Origin: a virus | Lineage: Duplodnaviria; Caudoviricetes | DNA: 41,619 bases | Direction: 5' to 3' (one strand) | IMG/VR virus record: IMGVR_UViG_3300024181_000010 | Coordinates: 1 to 41,619 of that record | Part shown: piece by piece, positions 7,176 to 15,953 of the stretch | Layout: every line of letters starts with the position of its first letter | Numbering within the stretch: position 1 is the stretch's first letter | The notes under the pieces: generated by a model | What the model was told of the DNA's origin: nothing | Database searches by the model: none | What the model saw: only the letters and a program-made list of their open reading frames with translations | Position numbers and translations under genes: made by a program

Positions 7176-8732
7176 CTAACCGGTGCGAGCAAGAACGAAC
7201 AGATCGAGGTCCGACGGGTCGTATAGCGCGGTCCGGTTCGGCCCTTCCGCCACCGGCTCGGGGAACGTCTCCGCGTTGGCGTTTCGCCAGTTGCGCAGTT
7301 GCGTCAAGCCGATACTCCGGCTGTTGGCGAACTCTCGCAGAGACAGTGCATCAACAGCCTCTGACCTGACGTTACGCGCGTTCTCAGTTGTTGCTGATTG
7401 CCCCAGCATCATGGCCGGCACGTCCGGCGCCGGGGCACCCCCGGTAGCCCACTCGATCAGCCGCGCCTCCTGCTTCTTGATGTCGCAGAACGGCGCCTGG
7501 AACTCCTTCAGGGCATCGCCCACCACCAGGTGCCAGCGGCCCGGCATGCCGGCGTGCTTCGGGATGGGCCGGATGCTGGTCAGCATGCGCCACGCGTTGC
7601 CGGTCGCCTTGCCCATCACCCGGCCACCGAACGACTCCCGGCCTTCGGGCCCACCGGTCACCTTCGCGGTCACACTCTGGCCGGCCAGGAGGATGTGCAC
7701 GCGCATCTCCCGGCCCATGTTGGCCAGGTTCGCCAGTGCCGTCAGGGCCGGGCTCATGCCCTTGCCCTCGATGCTCTTCCAGTAGCTGCGCAGCCTGTTC
7801 GTGGCGCTGGTCATCTCCTCGAGGACGGCCACCAGCGGGACCAGCAAGGCCGGATCCCCGCCGGACGAGACGAACCGTGCCCGGCGCAGAAGCTCGCCGT
7901 CCAGCCAGAGCAGGGCTTCGTGCAGTTCCTCGCTCTCCGCGGCGTACAGCACGCCGGGGATGCGCCGTAGCCACATGTGGCTGACGAACTTGGCGTCCAG
8001 GCAGAGCACGCCGTAGCCGCGCCGCATGAACTGCGCCACCAGCCAGGCCAGGAGCTCGCTTTTGCCGGCCATGGACTGGGCGTTGATCAGCAGGTGCGGG
8101 CTGTCCGCGGTCAGGTCGAAATCGACCTGCTGTCCGGCAGGTCCGGCGCCCATCACAAGATCCGTGTCCGCGGCCATGTCCACGGCGCTGAGCATGTCCG
8201 CCATGCCCACGGACTTCGGTGGCTTGGCCGGCATGGTGAAGTGTCCGTACGGCTTACGTCCGGTCAGTGTCCACGTGGCCACGGTGCCGGACACGGACAG
8301 CCGTTGCTCGAGCAGCCGATGGATCGTGGCCATGTCCTCCTTCGTGGCCGGCCAGTCCATCGGGACATGGACACGGATGTCCGCGGACTCACGGTCACGG
8401 AAGTTCTTGGGGATGTCCACGTGGACAAGACCTTGTCCGCTCGGTGTCCGCGCGCGGATGGCGTTGTCCAGCACGATGGCCACCGGCTGGTGGACATGGC
8501 GCCGGAATGTCCACGTGGCCACGTAGCGGACAGCGCGGTGTCCGGCCATGGCCGCGGACATGACCGCGTACGCCAGCAGCGGCCACCACCACGCCCACGG
8601 CCACATGGCTGTCAGCAACATGGCAATTCCCAGGTTCCGCTTGGCCATGGTGCGGACACGGGTGTCCATGCCGCGGTGGCCGGCCAGGAGCGTGCGCCAT
8701 ACCGCGTCGTATGCACGTGCACGTGGGTTCAC
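7176..8732 (-). CDS. FtsK/SpoIIIE-family TraB-like DNA translocase (N-terminal TM, C-terminal HTH)
   Basis: TM segments at the N-terminus; SPHLLINAQSMAGKS (Walker A), CLDAK, VAVLEEM (Walker B), GREMRVHILLAGQS; C-terminal LSLREFA...LTQLRNWR...FPEP. Confidence 0.85.
   Translation of the reverse strand: MNPRARAYDAVWRTLLAGHRGMDTRVRTMAKRNLGIAMLLTAMWPWAWWWPLLAYAVMSAAMAGHRAVRYVATWTFRRHVHQPVAIVLDNAIRARTPSGQGLVHVDIPKNFRDRESADIRVHVPMDWPATKEDMATIHRLLEQRLSVSGTVATWTLTGRKPYGHFTMPAKPPKSVGMADMLSAVDMAADTDLVMGAGPAGQQVDFDLTADSPHLLINAQSMAGKSELLAWLVAQFMRRGYGVLCLDAKFVSHMWLRRIPGVLYAAESEELHEALLWLDGELLRRARFVSSGGDPALLVPLVAVLEEMTSATNRLRSYWKSIEGKGMSPALTALANLANMGREMRVHILLAGQSVTAKVTGGPEGRESFGGRVMGKATGNAWRMLTSIRPIPKHAGMPGRWHLVVGDALKEFQAPFCDIKKQEARLIEWATGGAPAPDVPAMMLGQSATTENARNVRSEAVDALSLREFANSRSIGLTQLRNWRNANAETFPEPVAEGPNRTALYDPSDLDLFVLARTG
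8102..8667. repeat. Second TGTCC/GGACA motif array, limited to the 5' third of the TraB-like gene
   Basis: Hand count about 25 copies; palindromic pairs at 8102, 8165, 8414 (TGTCCACGTGGACA) and 8549; none seen in about 7200-8100. Confidence 0.85.
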
Positions 8733-8810
8733 AATATTGACCCTAGCGCACGGTTAACCGGACCGTTAACCGTCGGGTACGATGCTCGGCAAAGCGTGCA
8801 AGTTGCACAT
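8733..8810. promoter_or_regulatory. Divergent control region: leaderless promoter of the TraB-like gene plus palindromic sites
   Basis: Minus-strand TAGGGT (8740-45) 7 nt before GTG 8732; CGGTTAACCG 8751-60, CCGTTAACCG 8763-72, GTGCAAGTTGCAC. Confidence 0.6.
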
Positions 8811-8827
8811 CTAGTAGGGATGTGGAG

Positions 8828-8992
8828 ATGACCGGACATAGGGATACTCGCCCGGCCAACTGGAAGAAGACCGTGGTGCGACTGCGCCGCGCCGCACAGG
8901 AGCTTCAGGTCCACGGGTTCAAGGTGGTGGAGCCGGAAGATCTTGAGATCCCGCCCCATCAACGGATTGCGGAACCGTCAACCGTTAAGTAA
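8828..8992 (+). CDS. Possible 54-aa protein (not in ORF track)
   Basis: Open frame MTGHRDTRPANWKKTVVRLRRAAQELQVHGFKVVEP... fills the gap. Confidence 0.45.
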   Translation: MTGHRDTRPANWKKTVVRLRRAAQELQVHGFKVVEPEDLEIPPHQRIAEPSTVK

Positions 8993-9002
8993 TACTGGAC
9001 CC

Positions 9003-9329
9003 ATGGACGGTCCGGCTGTGAGCGGCAGAGATCCCCGCGGCCGGACCTTCGCTCTCTCCGACGGGATGGCAGGCATGTTCGAGCGCAGCACGGTGACCGG
9101 ACGCTACTGGACGCGCGCCGGCTTGCACGAGGGGCTCTGGCCGTTCGAGCTGCGCGACGGGGCGGAAGGCATGCCCGTGTCTGCGCCGTGGGATCCCAGC
9201 ACACAGATCCCCACCCAGAAGTACGGCGTCACGTGGGTATCCATCGTCTGCTGCGGACCGGGCGCGCACCTGCCGGAGTCAGAGAGCGTCACGCGTCACG
9301 CCGACGGGAGGGTTACGCGGTCATGCTGA
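9003..9329 (+). CDS. Hypothetical protein, leaderless start
   Basis: TTGCGG (8967-72), 18 bp, AATACT (8991-96), 6 nt, ATG 9003. Confidence 0.6.
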   Translation: MDGPAVSGRDPRGRTFALSDGMAGMFERSTVTGRYWTRAGLHEGLWPFELRDGAEGMPVSAPWDPSTQIPTQKYGVTWVSIVCCGPGAHLPESESVTRHADGRVTRSC

Positions 9330-9589
9330 CCACGATGATCGTGATCGACCGACTGCTCTGGTACAACCCGCATTACCAGCGGATGGTGTCGCTCCCCTCG
9401 CTGTCGAATCATCACCCGATCCGGCTCACGCTGTATTCCATGCTGACCGGGCCGGACGATTGCGACACGCCGTCCAACGAGATCTACTGCCCGTGCGACG
9501 AGAAGATCCCATGGAGGTCGGGATCGGTCGGCGAAGCGCTGGAACTGTCCCGCAACCACCTGCGCGAGAAGCACGGAAAGTTGCTGTGA
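9323..9589 (+). CDS. Hypothetical protein with possible Zn ligands (CPC...H...H)
   Basis: GGAGG RBS, ATG 9323, GTGA overlap with the next gene. Confidence 0.6.
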   Translation: MLTTMIVIDRLLWYNPHYQRMVSLPSLSNHHPIRLTLYSMLTGPDDCDTPSNEIYCPCDEKIPWRSGSVGEALELSRNHLREKHGKLL

Positions 9590-10068
9590 TCCTGTTCCCG
9601 CGCGCCCGGCGCCGCTCCCCCGGCATCTACTGGTATCGCACGCGCCGGCACCTCAAGCGCGGCACCGAATGGGGTTACGTCGGCAAGAGCAACCATCTGG
9701 ACTTGCGCGCCGACTGCCACGAGGGCAGGTGCACGCGTCATCCCGCATGTGCGGGAGGCAAACCGTGGTCGGACCTGATCGTCCGGCGCCGCTCGCTCGA
9801 GTTGCCCTGGTGGCTCGGCTGGCAATGGGTCACGCTGTCCCTAGAAACCGGCCTGATCTTCGCGCTGCGGCCCCGCTACAACATCCAGAAGAATCCGCGA
9901 CGTAGCAAGGTGCCATATCGCATCCAGCAGGTGCAGCGCGCGGCCAGGGAAGGCGCGCGGCGCTGGGGCGATATCGAGCACGAACCGCACGGCATGAACA
10001 TTCTGATCGCATTGACCGCCATCGCCATGATCGTTGTCGGGATCGTCGGCACGCTGACCACCAGATAG
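9586..10068 (+). CDS. GIY-YIG nuclease-like protein with a C-terminal TM helix
   Basis: GIYWY...WGYVGKS..L..R...H, LETGLIFALRPRYN; C-terminal ILIALTAIAMIVVGIVGTL. Confidence 0.7.
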   Translation: MILFPRARRRSPGIYWYRTRRHLKRGTEWGYVGKSNHLDLRADCHEGRCTRHPACAGGKPWSDLIVRRRSLELPWWLGWQWVTLSLETGLIFALRPRYNIQKNPRRSKVPYRIQQVQRAAREGARRWGDIEHEPHGMNILIALTAIAMIVVGIVGTLTTR

Positions 10069-10077
10069 AGGGCACCG

Positions 10078-10509
10078 ATGAACGAACTCGATCGCACCCT
10101 GATCATGAAGCAACCGGCCGTCATCACCAGCGCTCGCCCGGTGCACACGCTCACCGCGCCGTATCATGCCAAAGCGGATCTTGTCGCCGCGGTGACACGC
10201 CAGGCGCGCCGCGGCGAGATCCGCCCACTTACCGCGCGTCCCCGCTACAACCCGGACCGCGGACTCTGGGAGCAGCCGGTGGAGCGCCTCCGGCCACCGG
10301 CGCCGGCCTGGACCCGGCCTGCAGTCATCATCGGCGCCATCATGACAGGACTGTCATCCCTGGTGATGCTGGGCTGGTGGGTGCTGACCTCACTGGCCGC
10401 GGCGCCGCTCGCGCTGTTCCTGATCGCCGTGCTGTGCTGGCTGGCCGCGGTCATCCGCGCCGGCAAGCGGCAGACGGTGAACGTGACGAACAATGTGACC
10501 ATCAGGTAG
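10078..10509 (+). CDS. Two-TM membrane protein (Spd-like candidate)
   Basis: Basic N-terminal domain and two hydrophobic segments; same operon as the GIY-YIG gene. Confidence 0.65.
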   Translation: MNELDRTLIMKQPAVITSARPVHTLTAPYHAKADLVAAVTRQARRGEIRPLTARPRYNPDRGLWEQPVERLRPPAPAWTRPAVIIGAIMTGLSSLVMLGWWVLTSLAAAPLALFLIAVLCWLAAVIRAGKRQTVNVTNNVTIR

Positions 10510-10525
10510 CCGGCTCGGAAGCCGA

Positions 10526-10566
10526 AGAAAGCCCGGATCCTCACCAAGGAGGGATCCGGGCTTTCT
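10526..10566. terminator. Bidirectional terminator at the convergence with the lysis genes
   Basis: AGAAAGCCCGGATCC/GGATCCGGGCTTTCT stem. Confidence 0.8.
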
Positions 10567-10590
10567 CGTTCAGCTCGACCGTACGCCAGC

Positions 10591-10830
10591 TTACCGGTTC
10601 TTCTTCAGGTACGCAGTGATCAGACCGGACACCGTGCCGATCCCGACGGTCACCAGCGGCACCCACCAGCCGGACCAGTTCGACGTGTCCAGGCCGGCCA
10701 GTCCGGCGCCGAGTATCTGCAGCACGGTGGTCACGATGAAACCGACGGCGAGCCCGGCTTTGCTCTCCTTGGCCAGGCTCCTGCTGCCGTCCCCGGCCGG
10801 ACCGGAGTTGACGGGGTTGGGCATGATCAC
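10591..10830 (-). CDS. Holin-like two-TM protein
   Basis: Two TM segments, basic C-terminus LKKNR, end of the lysis cassette. Confidence 0.65.
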   Translation of the reverse strand: MIMPNPVNSGPAGDGSRSLAKESKAGLAVGFIVTTVLQILGAGLAGLDTSNWSGWWVPLVTVGIGTVSGLITAYLKKNR

Positions 10831-10833
10831 TCC

Positions 10834-11127
10834 TCAATAGCACCGGAACAATATGCCAAGATCATGCCACGCGGAGGCCGCATCGCGCCCGACTTGGCTG
10901 GTCGCGTCGCTGAACACGTTCTCCTGCGCGATGACCATCGTGCAGAACGCCAGCCGCACCTCTTCGCCCGTCTTGCGCGAACTCGCCGCGGCATCTTCCC
11001 GCGCGCGCCGCTCCGAGGCGACGGCACGCGCAGTAGCGCGCAGGTTGATGATGGTGGAGACGGCCACCAGGGGCACCACGATGAGCGCCATGACCATCCA
11101 CGGATACCACGAGGGTCGGACTCGCAC
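10834..11127 (-). CDS. Single-TM lysis-cassette protein with coiled-coil-like region (start uncertain)
   Basis: WYPWMVMALIVVPLVAVSTII then a charged helix and two Cys. Confidence 0.6.
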   Translation of the reverse strand: MRVRPSWYPWMVMALIVVPLVAVSTIINLRATARAVASERRAREDAAASSRKTGEEVRLAFCTMVIAQENVFSDATSQVGRDAASAWHDLGILFRCY

Positions 11128-11137
11128 GCTCAGGATC

Positions 11138-11407
11138 CTAGGGTGCGCCAGGCGATGACGGCGAGGACTCCGGCGAGGGAGGCGAGGGTGGCGATCCGGC
11201 CGTAGGCATGCCCTGGCCATACCGGGCCAGCCAGAGCTGCATGACCCCGGGCACGCCGATCAGTGCTGCTGCGAGCCAGACCAGAGTCTCGCTGGTCTGG
11301 GGTGGCGGATCGAAGAGGATTCCGGCCTGCTTGAAGATGATCAGCCACCCGCCTATCCACGATCCCGCGTCTCGCAGGATTGTCCAGGTTCCAGGCCGCA
11401 TGATCAC
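11138..11407 (-). CDS. Two-TM lysis-cassette protein (holin candidate)
   Basis: Two hydrophobic segments, Pro/Ser tail, directly downstream of the endolysin. Confidence 0.6.
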   Translation of the reverse strand: MIMRPGTWTILRDAGSWIGGWLIIFKQAGILFDPPPQTSETLVWLAAALIGVPGVMQLWLARYGQGMPTAGSPPSPPSPESSPSSPGAP

Positions 11408-11454
11408 TCATAATCCACCCATCGACGCGTACGGACATGATTGCCGCGTGGAAA

Positions 11455-12534
11455 CTATCCGTTCGGATCCGCGCTGGCGGACAACCGGATGCCCATCTCG
11501 TCCACCACCTGCTGTGCGAGATCCGCCGGGAGCGCGTTCATGATCGCATTCACGATCTGATCCACTGCGCCGTCCGCGCCGGCCAGACCGGCGAGCACGC
11601 CCTCCACAATGGCCGCCTCATCCGTGAAGTCCTTGCCGGCCAGGTCCGCTACGGCCTGCTTGACCAGCACTATCTGCGTGGCCAGGTCGCGCAGCAGCAC
11701 GTAACCCGGAGTCTTGGCGCCGGAGATCGGGTTCGGCATGTACTGGTTGTCCCAGACAGCCACACCCGTGTTGTTGCCGTACCAGTCGGTGCCCGCCGGA
11801 CTGTCTCCCTGCCGATACCGTTTGTCGTACTCCTTGTTGCCGTCGACAACTTCCGCAGTGGTCATCTCGCCGAACCCCTGTTCCGCCCATCCGGGCGCTA
11901 GCAGCCTGGTCAGATCATTCAGTGTCCCGCGGAACGCGTTGGCGTCACAGGTCGTCTGATTGCCGATCGTGGCGCTCGAGCTGTACTGCAAGATCGCAAC
12001 ATCCTTGCCACCGTAGGATGCCCACTTGCTCGAGGAATCCCCGGGGTAGAGCGACCTGTAGTGGCCGGACCCGTCCACGTACTTCGACGACCAGAGCGGG
12101 TACCGGAATCCGGAGATGTCGCCGTACACCCAGTCCGGCAGATAGCCGATCGGCTTCAGCTTCGGCATCTTCGCCACCAGCCGATCGCAGAAGGTGTTGA
12201 TCTCCGAAACGGACGGCACCGTCGACTGATCGCCGTTCCACTTCTCGCAATCCGCCTGCAGCACGAACGGGCCGTCCCGCCAGCCGGCGCACTGCGAATC
12301 CAGGCGAGCCAGGAAGGCATCGGCGCGGCCGGACGGGTTGCCCGGGTACAACACCCAGTAGGCGCCCAGCAGTGCCCGATGCCGCTCGTTCCTGACGTAC
12401 CCCCACCAGGAACCCAGCTCCGCGTCGTCCTTGTCCCCGCCGGCCTTGTGGGTCTGGAAGACGATGCCGTCGTTCAGCATGGGCCGGGTGTCGGGCGCAT
12501 CGTAGTGCGAGATGTCCGAGCCGAAGATGGTCAT
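11455..12534 (-). CDS. Endolysin, GH25 muramidase
   Basis: FGSDISHY, GAYW, LQADCE (DxE), LWSSKY, ILQYSS, DANAF. Confidence 0.85.
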   Translation of the reverse strand: MTIFGSDISHYDAPDTRPMLNDGIVFQTHKAGGDKDDAELGSWWGYVRNERHRALLGAYWVLYPGNPSGRADAFLARLDSQCAGWRDGPFVLQADCEKWNGDQSTVPSVSEINTFCDRLVAKMPKLKPIGYLPDWVYGDISGFRYPLWSSKYVDGSGHYRSLYPGDSSSKWASYGGKDVAILQYSSSATIGNQTTCDANAFRGTLNDLTRLLAPGWAEQGFGEMTTAEVVDGNKEYDKRYRQGDSPAGTDWYGNNTGVAVWDNQYMPNPISGAKTPGYVLLRDLATQIVLVKQAVADLAGKDFTDEAAIVEGVLAGLAGADGAVDQIVNAIMNALPADLAQQVVDEMGIRLSASADPNG

Positions 12535-13037
12535 GCGTACCTCGTGAGGATGAGGCGGCTTCCGGCTTTCATCGTGACCGCGTCCACGCTCGAGGTCGCT
12601 TGGCCGAACCGGACCTTGAACGTGCCCGCGGTACTGCCGACGATCAACTCACCGCGCATGTAGATGGCGCGTTCCACCGTGTTGGAGCCGCGAGTGTTGT
12701 CCGTGGTGGTGGAGATCGTGTTGTTGATCGTGTCCGCCGACGTGGTGGTGGTGTCCGGCGCGCCCCAGTCCGACCGGGCGAACGACGCACCCGCCGGATA
12801 GCTGTAGTTGAGTCGTATGTCCGGGGTGTTGCTCACCGCGGAGTGCCGCAACCAGGCGTCCACGAAATACGACGCATTGGCCACCACGTCGAGGAACAAC
12901 TCGTCGTCGTCCTGGACCGCGGCGGAGGATGTCGGGGCGGCTTCATCGGCAGCTTTGCGCACGAAAGCGGGCAGCATGGAGGCCAGCAGGTCGGCGGTCA
13001 CCAGGTCACCTACCGCGATGTCCGGATATTGGGACAT
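12531..13037 (-). CDS. Minor tail protein
   Basis: Position after the large tail gene; GDLVTADLL N-terminus and beta-rich body. Confidence 0.6.
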   Translation of the reverse strand: MSQYPDIAVGDLVTADLLASMLPAFVRKAADEAAPTSSAAVQDDDELFLDVVANASYFVDAWLRHSAVSNTPDIRLNYSYPAGASFARSDWGAPDTTTTSADTINNTISTTTDNTRGSNTVERAIYMRGELIVGSTAGTFKVRFGQATSSVDAVTMKAGSRLILTRYA

Positions 13038-13040
13038 GGG

Positions 13041-15950
13041 CTACCTCGCCGCAAAGAAGATGTCGCGCACCTGGACCTCATCTCCGGCGCTGTGCGCCCA
13101 GACCACTCCGTTTACCGATCTTGTCACAGAAGAGAACGTCTGCGGGCTGGTGGAACCACTGATCACTCCCACACTCATCTCCTCCCCGCCGATCATGACC
13201 GGGACCGGGAACGTCGGGGAACTCGAACCCGTGCGCCACAGCTTGCCGCTCGCCGTGGTCACCGTGAACGAGGTGGCGCCGCTGGTGATGTCCGCGGACA
13301 GCGCGGAATCCGACGCTGCGGCCCGTGCATGCGCGAGCGTGGCGCCGGACAGGTCATTCAACGCCCGGTACGGGCCGTACGGTTGCGTGTTCCAGGTGAA
13401 GCCGTGCCCGCGGTTCTGCAAGATCTCCGCGTAGCCGATCACCAGCAACTCGACATCGTCAGGCGGCAATTGAGCCGGCAGGTTCACCAGGCGCAGCGCA
13501 TCCCCGATGTCCGCGTCCAGGATGTCCGCGTCCAGTAGCGTATCCGCGACGATCACCGATCGCTCTCGCAGTACCGTCACGGACGGGTATCGCAACTCGT
13601 CCCACGTGCCGTAGAACACCTCCTCCTGCGCGAGCGCGGGAAGACGGTCGTCCTCGCTCGCGATCCGGGTGATCGGCCCCGGATCGAACGTGCCGATCCC
13701 GTCCGGATCGTCGGCGGGTTCGCTGGTGTTCAGGCTTCCGCTGGTCTTGGTGTACCGCGCCGTACCGCCCGTGCCGTTGGTTACCGTGACGTCGTTACGG
13801 GCCAGGAAGAGGTCATCGCGGGGCAGCAACGGATCGGACAGATGGTTCTGCGCGTAGTCGAGCTCCACGCACTCCCGGTTGGTCAGGGAGTTGTGCAGCC
13901 GGAACGTCAACCCGAACTTGTCCCGAGGCGCGTAGATCAGCCCGCGGTCGAGAGCGGCACACTCGGTGATCAGAGCGATGAAGGCCTGCGGGGTCTGCGG
14001 GCCGCACAACTCCCCCACGAGTGGATCTCCGGCCGCGCTGTAGGCGCGCCCCACCACCCAGTACGGGATGGATTGCTCCTGACACAGCCGCGCGAACCGC
14101 TCCTCCGCGCGCTCATCGATGTAGGCGTTGGTGCTGCCGATGAACTGGTGGCCTTCCCAGTCGATGTCCTCGCGCAGCATGGCCACGTGCGCGATCCACC
14201 AACCGGCCTTGTTGGTGGCGCCGGCGGACAGCCACATGCGCGGGCGCCCGACCGTGCCCGCGTAGCTGCCGCTCACCCCGAACAGAGTGACGGCGCCGAT
14301 CGGATACCACGCCCACTCGTAATCGACGTTGCCGCCGTTCTGGGTGAGCATGATCCGCATGGCCAGCGGCTGGTCCGGTTCCCCGCCCGTGCCGAACGCT
14401 GCCGTGGTGGTCAGCAGTACCGCGCCAGAGTTGTCGAACACTTTCAGCGTGTAGGTGGTGGCGCCCACGATGATGCTCACCTGATAACTGCTGTTGCCGG
14501 TCAGGAAGAAGGAGAAGATGCCGATGTCCGAGCCGGGGATGGACGGGGCGCGAAAGTACAGCAACAGCGTCACCACACCCGTACTGGTGGTGGTGCTCAC
14601 CGGCACGCATCGGCCCTCGGCGCGACCGGCGTCCGTGGAAAAGGTCAGCACTCCGGCCGTGCCCGGGAACTCGTCGTCCGTGCCGAACGTGCAGCCGGAA
14701 TTCATGCTGCCGGACTGGCCGACGGCAGGGCTGGGCCTGGTGGCCTGGCTGCCGTTCTCCATCGGCCAGTAGCCGTCCAGAGTGCCGCTGGTACCCATCG
14801 TGCTGGAGAACCTGATGATGTTGCGGTACACGCTGGAACGCAGCGATTTCGCGCCCTGTTGCAACCGGCTCAGGATGTCGTACGGGTTCATTTGCCCATA
14901 AACGTTGTTGCCGGACACGTCCCATTGCTGGGGCAGGTCGCCCAGTTCTCCCCAGAACCGGTAATTCTGTTTGGTGATCTCCGCACTCGCGCTCAGTGTC
15001 CATGTGTTCGGCGTGCTCAGCCCATCGGACCATGAGGTGGTGCCCGCGGTCTGTGCAGTGGCGTCCATGTCGGCCACCAGGGTGCCCGCGATCCCGCTGT
15101 ACACCTGCGCCCGGTAAATGCGCCCGATGAACGGGGAGATCAGCTCTGCGCCGACGTTCAACTCGTCACGGTCGAATACGCCGGAGGCGGCGCTACTGAG
15201 ACTGATAGTGCCCACGTGCAGCGGCGCTGTACTGGCGTAGATGGAGGTGGTGGAGGTGCCGACCACCGTACTGCCCAGTTGCGTCCAGCTACCGCTGATC
15301 GTGTCGGAGGTGTAGAACGTGGCGGTGTAGCCGCCGGATCCGTTGTTCACGTCCAGGGTGACTCGCAGCGCCTGCCGGCGCGCTGCGCCGGCAGCGACCG
15401 TGGACGAGATGTTGACGATGGTGTTTCCGGTGCCGTCCGTGGACCAGCGCAAGCGCGGGTAACCCAACCGGTCGATCCAGAAGATCCAGGACCGGTTGGC
15501 TGTTGCGGTGTTGTACTTGCTGGCCAGCACGGCGCCATGGCTGCCGCGCCAGTTGTCTGCCCGGCAGTCGACGCGGATGTCGATGTCGCCGGTGATGTCC
15601 AGGACCGCTTTGTCGGTGGTGGCTGCGCGGGCGCCGTCGTAGTTCCCGGTGCCGTCGGAGTAGTCGGCCAGGAAGAGCCACGGCGTGGTTTCGGTGATCG
15701 AGCACCGGTACTGCGTGTTGCGCCCGACCTTCTTGTAGTTCACCGACGACGGCGACCGGTTGGAGAAGAAGTAGTCGCGGTTGTCCGCGGTGAAGACGGT
15801 GTTGCCGGGCGCAAGCGCGCCTTGCTGGCCGCTGAACCCGCGGGTGATGCTGACATCATCACTGCTGCGGGTCTTGGTGGTGATGTCCGTCCAGGTGCCA
15901 TCGATCAGCAGCTCCTGCTTGATGGGTAGCACGCTCTGCGGGAAAGCCAT
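13041..15950 (-). CDS. Large minor tail/hub protein with LamG-like inserts
   Basis: Follows the tape measure; IDGTWTDIT...SITRG...DNRD start; YWPMENG; Thr/Gly/Ser-rich. Confidence 0.75.
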   Translation of the reverse strand: MAFPQSVLPIKQELLIDGTWTDITTKTRSSDDVSITRGFSGQQGALAPGNTVFTADNRDYFFSNRSPSSVNYKKVGRNTQYRCSITETTPWLFLADYSDGTGNYDGARAATTDKAVLDITGDIDIRVDCRADNWRGSHGAVLASKYNTATANRSWIFWIDRLGYPRLRWSTDGTGNTIVNISSTVAAGAARRQALRVTLDVNNGSGGYTATFYTSDTISGSWTQLGSTVVGTSTTSIYASTAPLHVGTISLSSAASGVFDRDELNVGAELISPFIGRIYRAQVYSGIAGTLVADMDATAQTAGTTSWSDGLSTPNTWTLSASAEITKQNYRFWGELGDLPQQWDVSGNNVYGQMNPYDILSRLQQGAKSLRSSVYRNIIRFSSTMGTSGTLDGYWPMENGSQATRPSPAVGQSGSMNSGCTFGTDDEFPGTAGVLTFSTDAGRAEGRCVPVSTTTSTGVVTLLLYFRAPSIPGSDIGIFSFFLTGNSSYQVSIIVGATTYTLKVFDNSGAVLLTTTAAFGTGGEPDQPLAMRIMLTQNGGNVDYEWAWYPIGAVTLFGVSGSYAGTVGRPRMWLSAGATNKAGWWIAHVAMLREDIDWEGHQFIGSTNAYIDERAEERFARLCQEQSIPYWVVGRAYSAAGDPLVGELCGPQTPQAFIALITECAALDRGLIYAPRDKFGLTFRLHNSLTNRECVELDYAQNHLSDPLLPRDDLFLARNDVTVTNGTGGTARYTKTSGSLNTSEPADDPDGIGTFDPGPITRIASEDDRLPALAQEEVFYGTWDELRYPSVTVLRERSVIVADTLLDADILDADIGDALRLVNLPAQLPPDDVELLVIGYAEILQNRGHGFTWNTQPYGPYRALNDLSGATLAHARAAASDSALSADITSGATSFTVTTASGKLWRTGSSSPTFPVPVMIGGEEMSVGVISGSTSPQTFSSVTRSVNGVVWAHSAGDEVQVRDIFFAAR

Positions 15951-15953
15951 GGC

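Noticed and set aside
13289-13300. Isolated TGTCCGCGGACA in the tail gene
   Set aside because: Single copy without the dense surrounding array; cannot be told from chance, though worth including in a binding scan.
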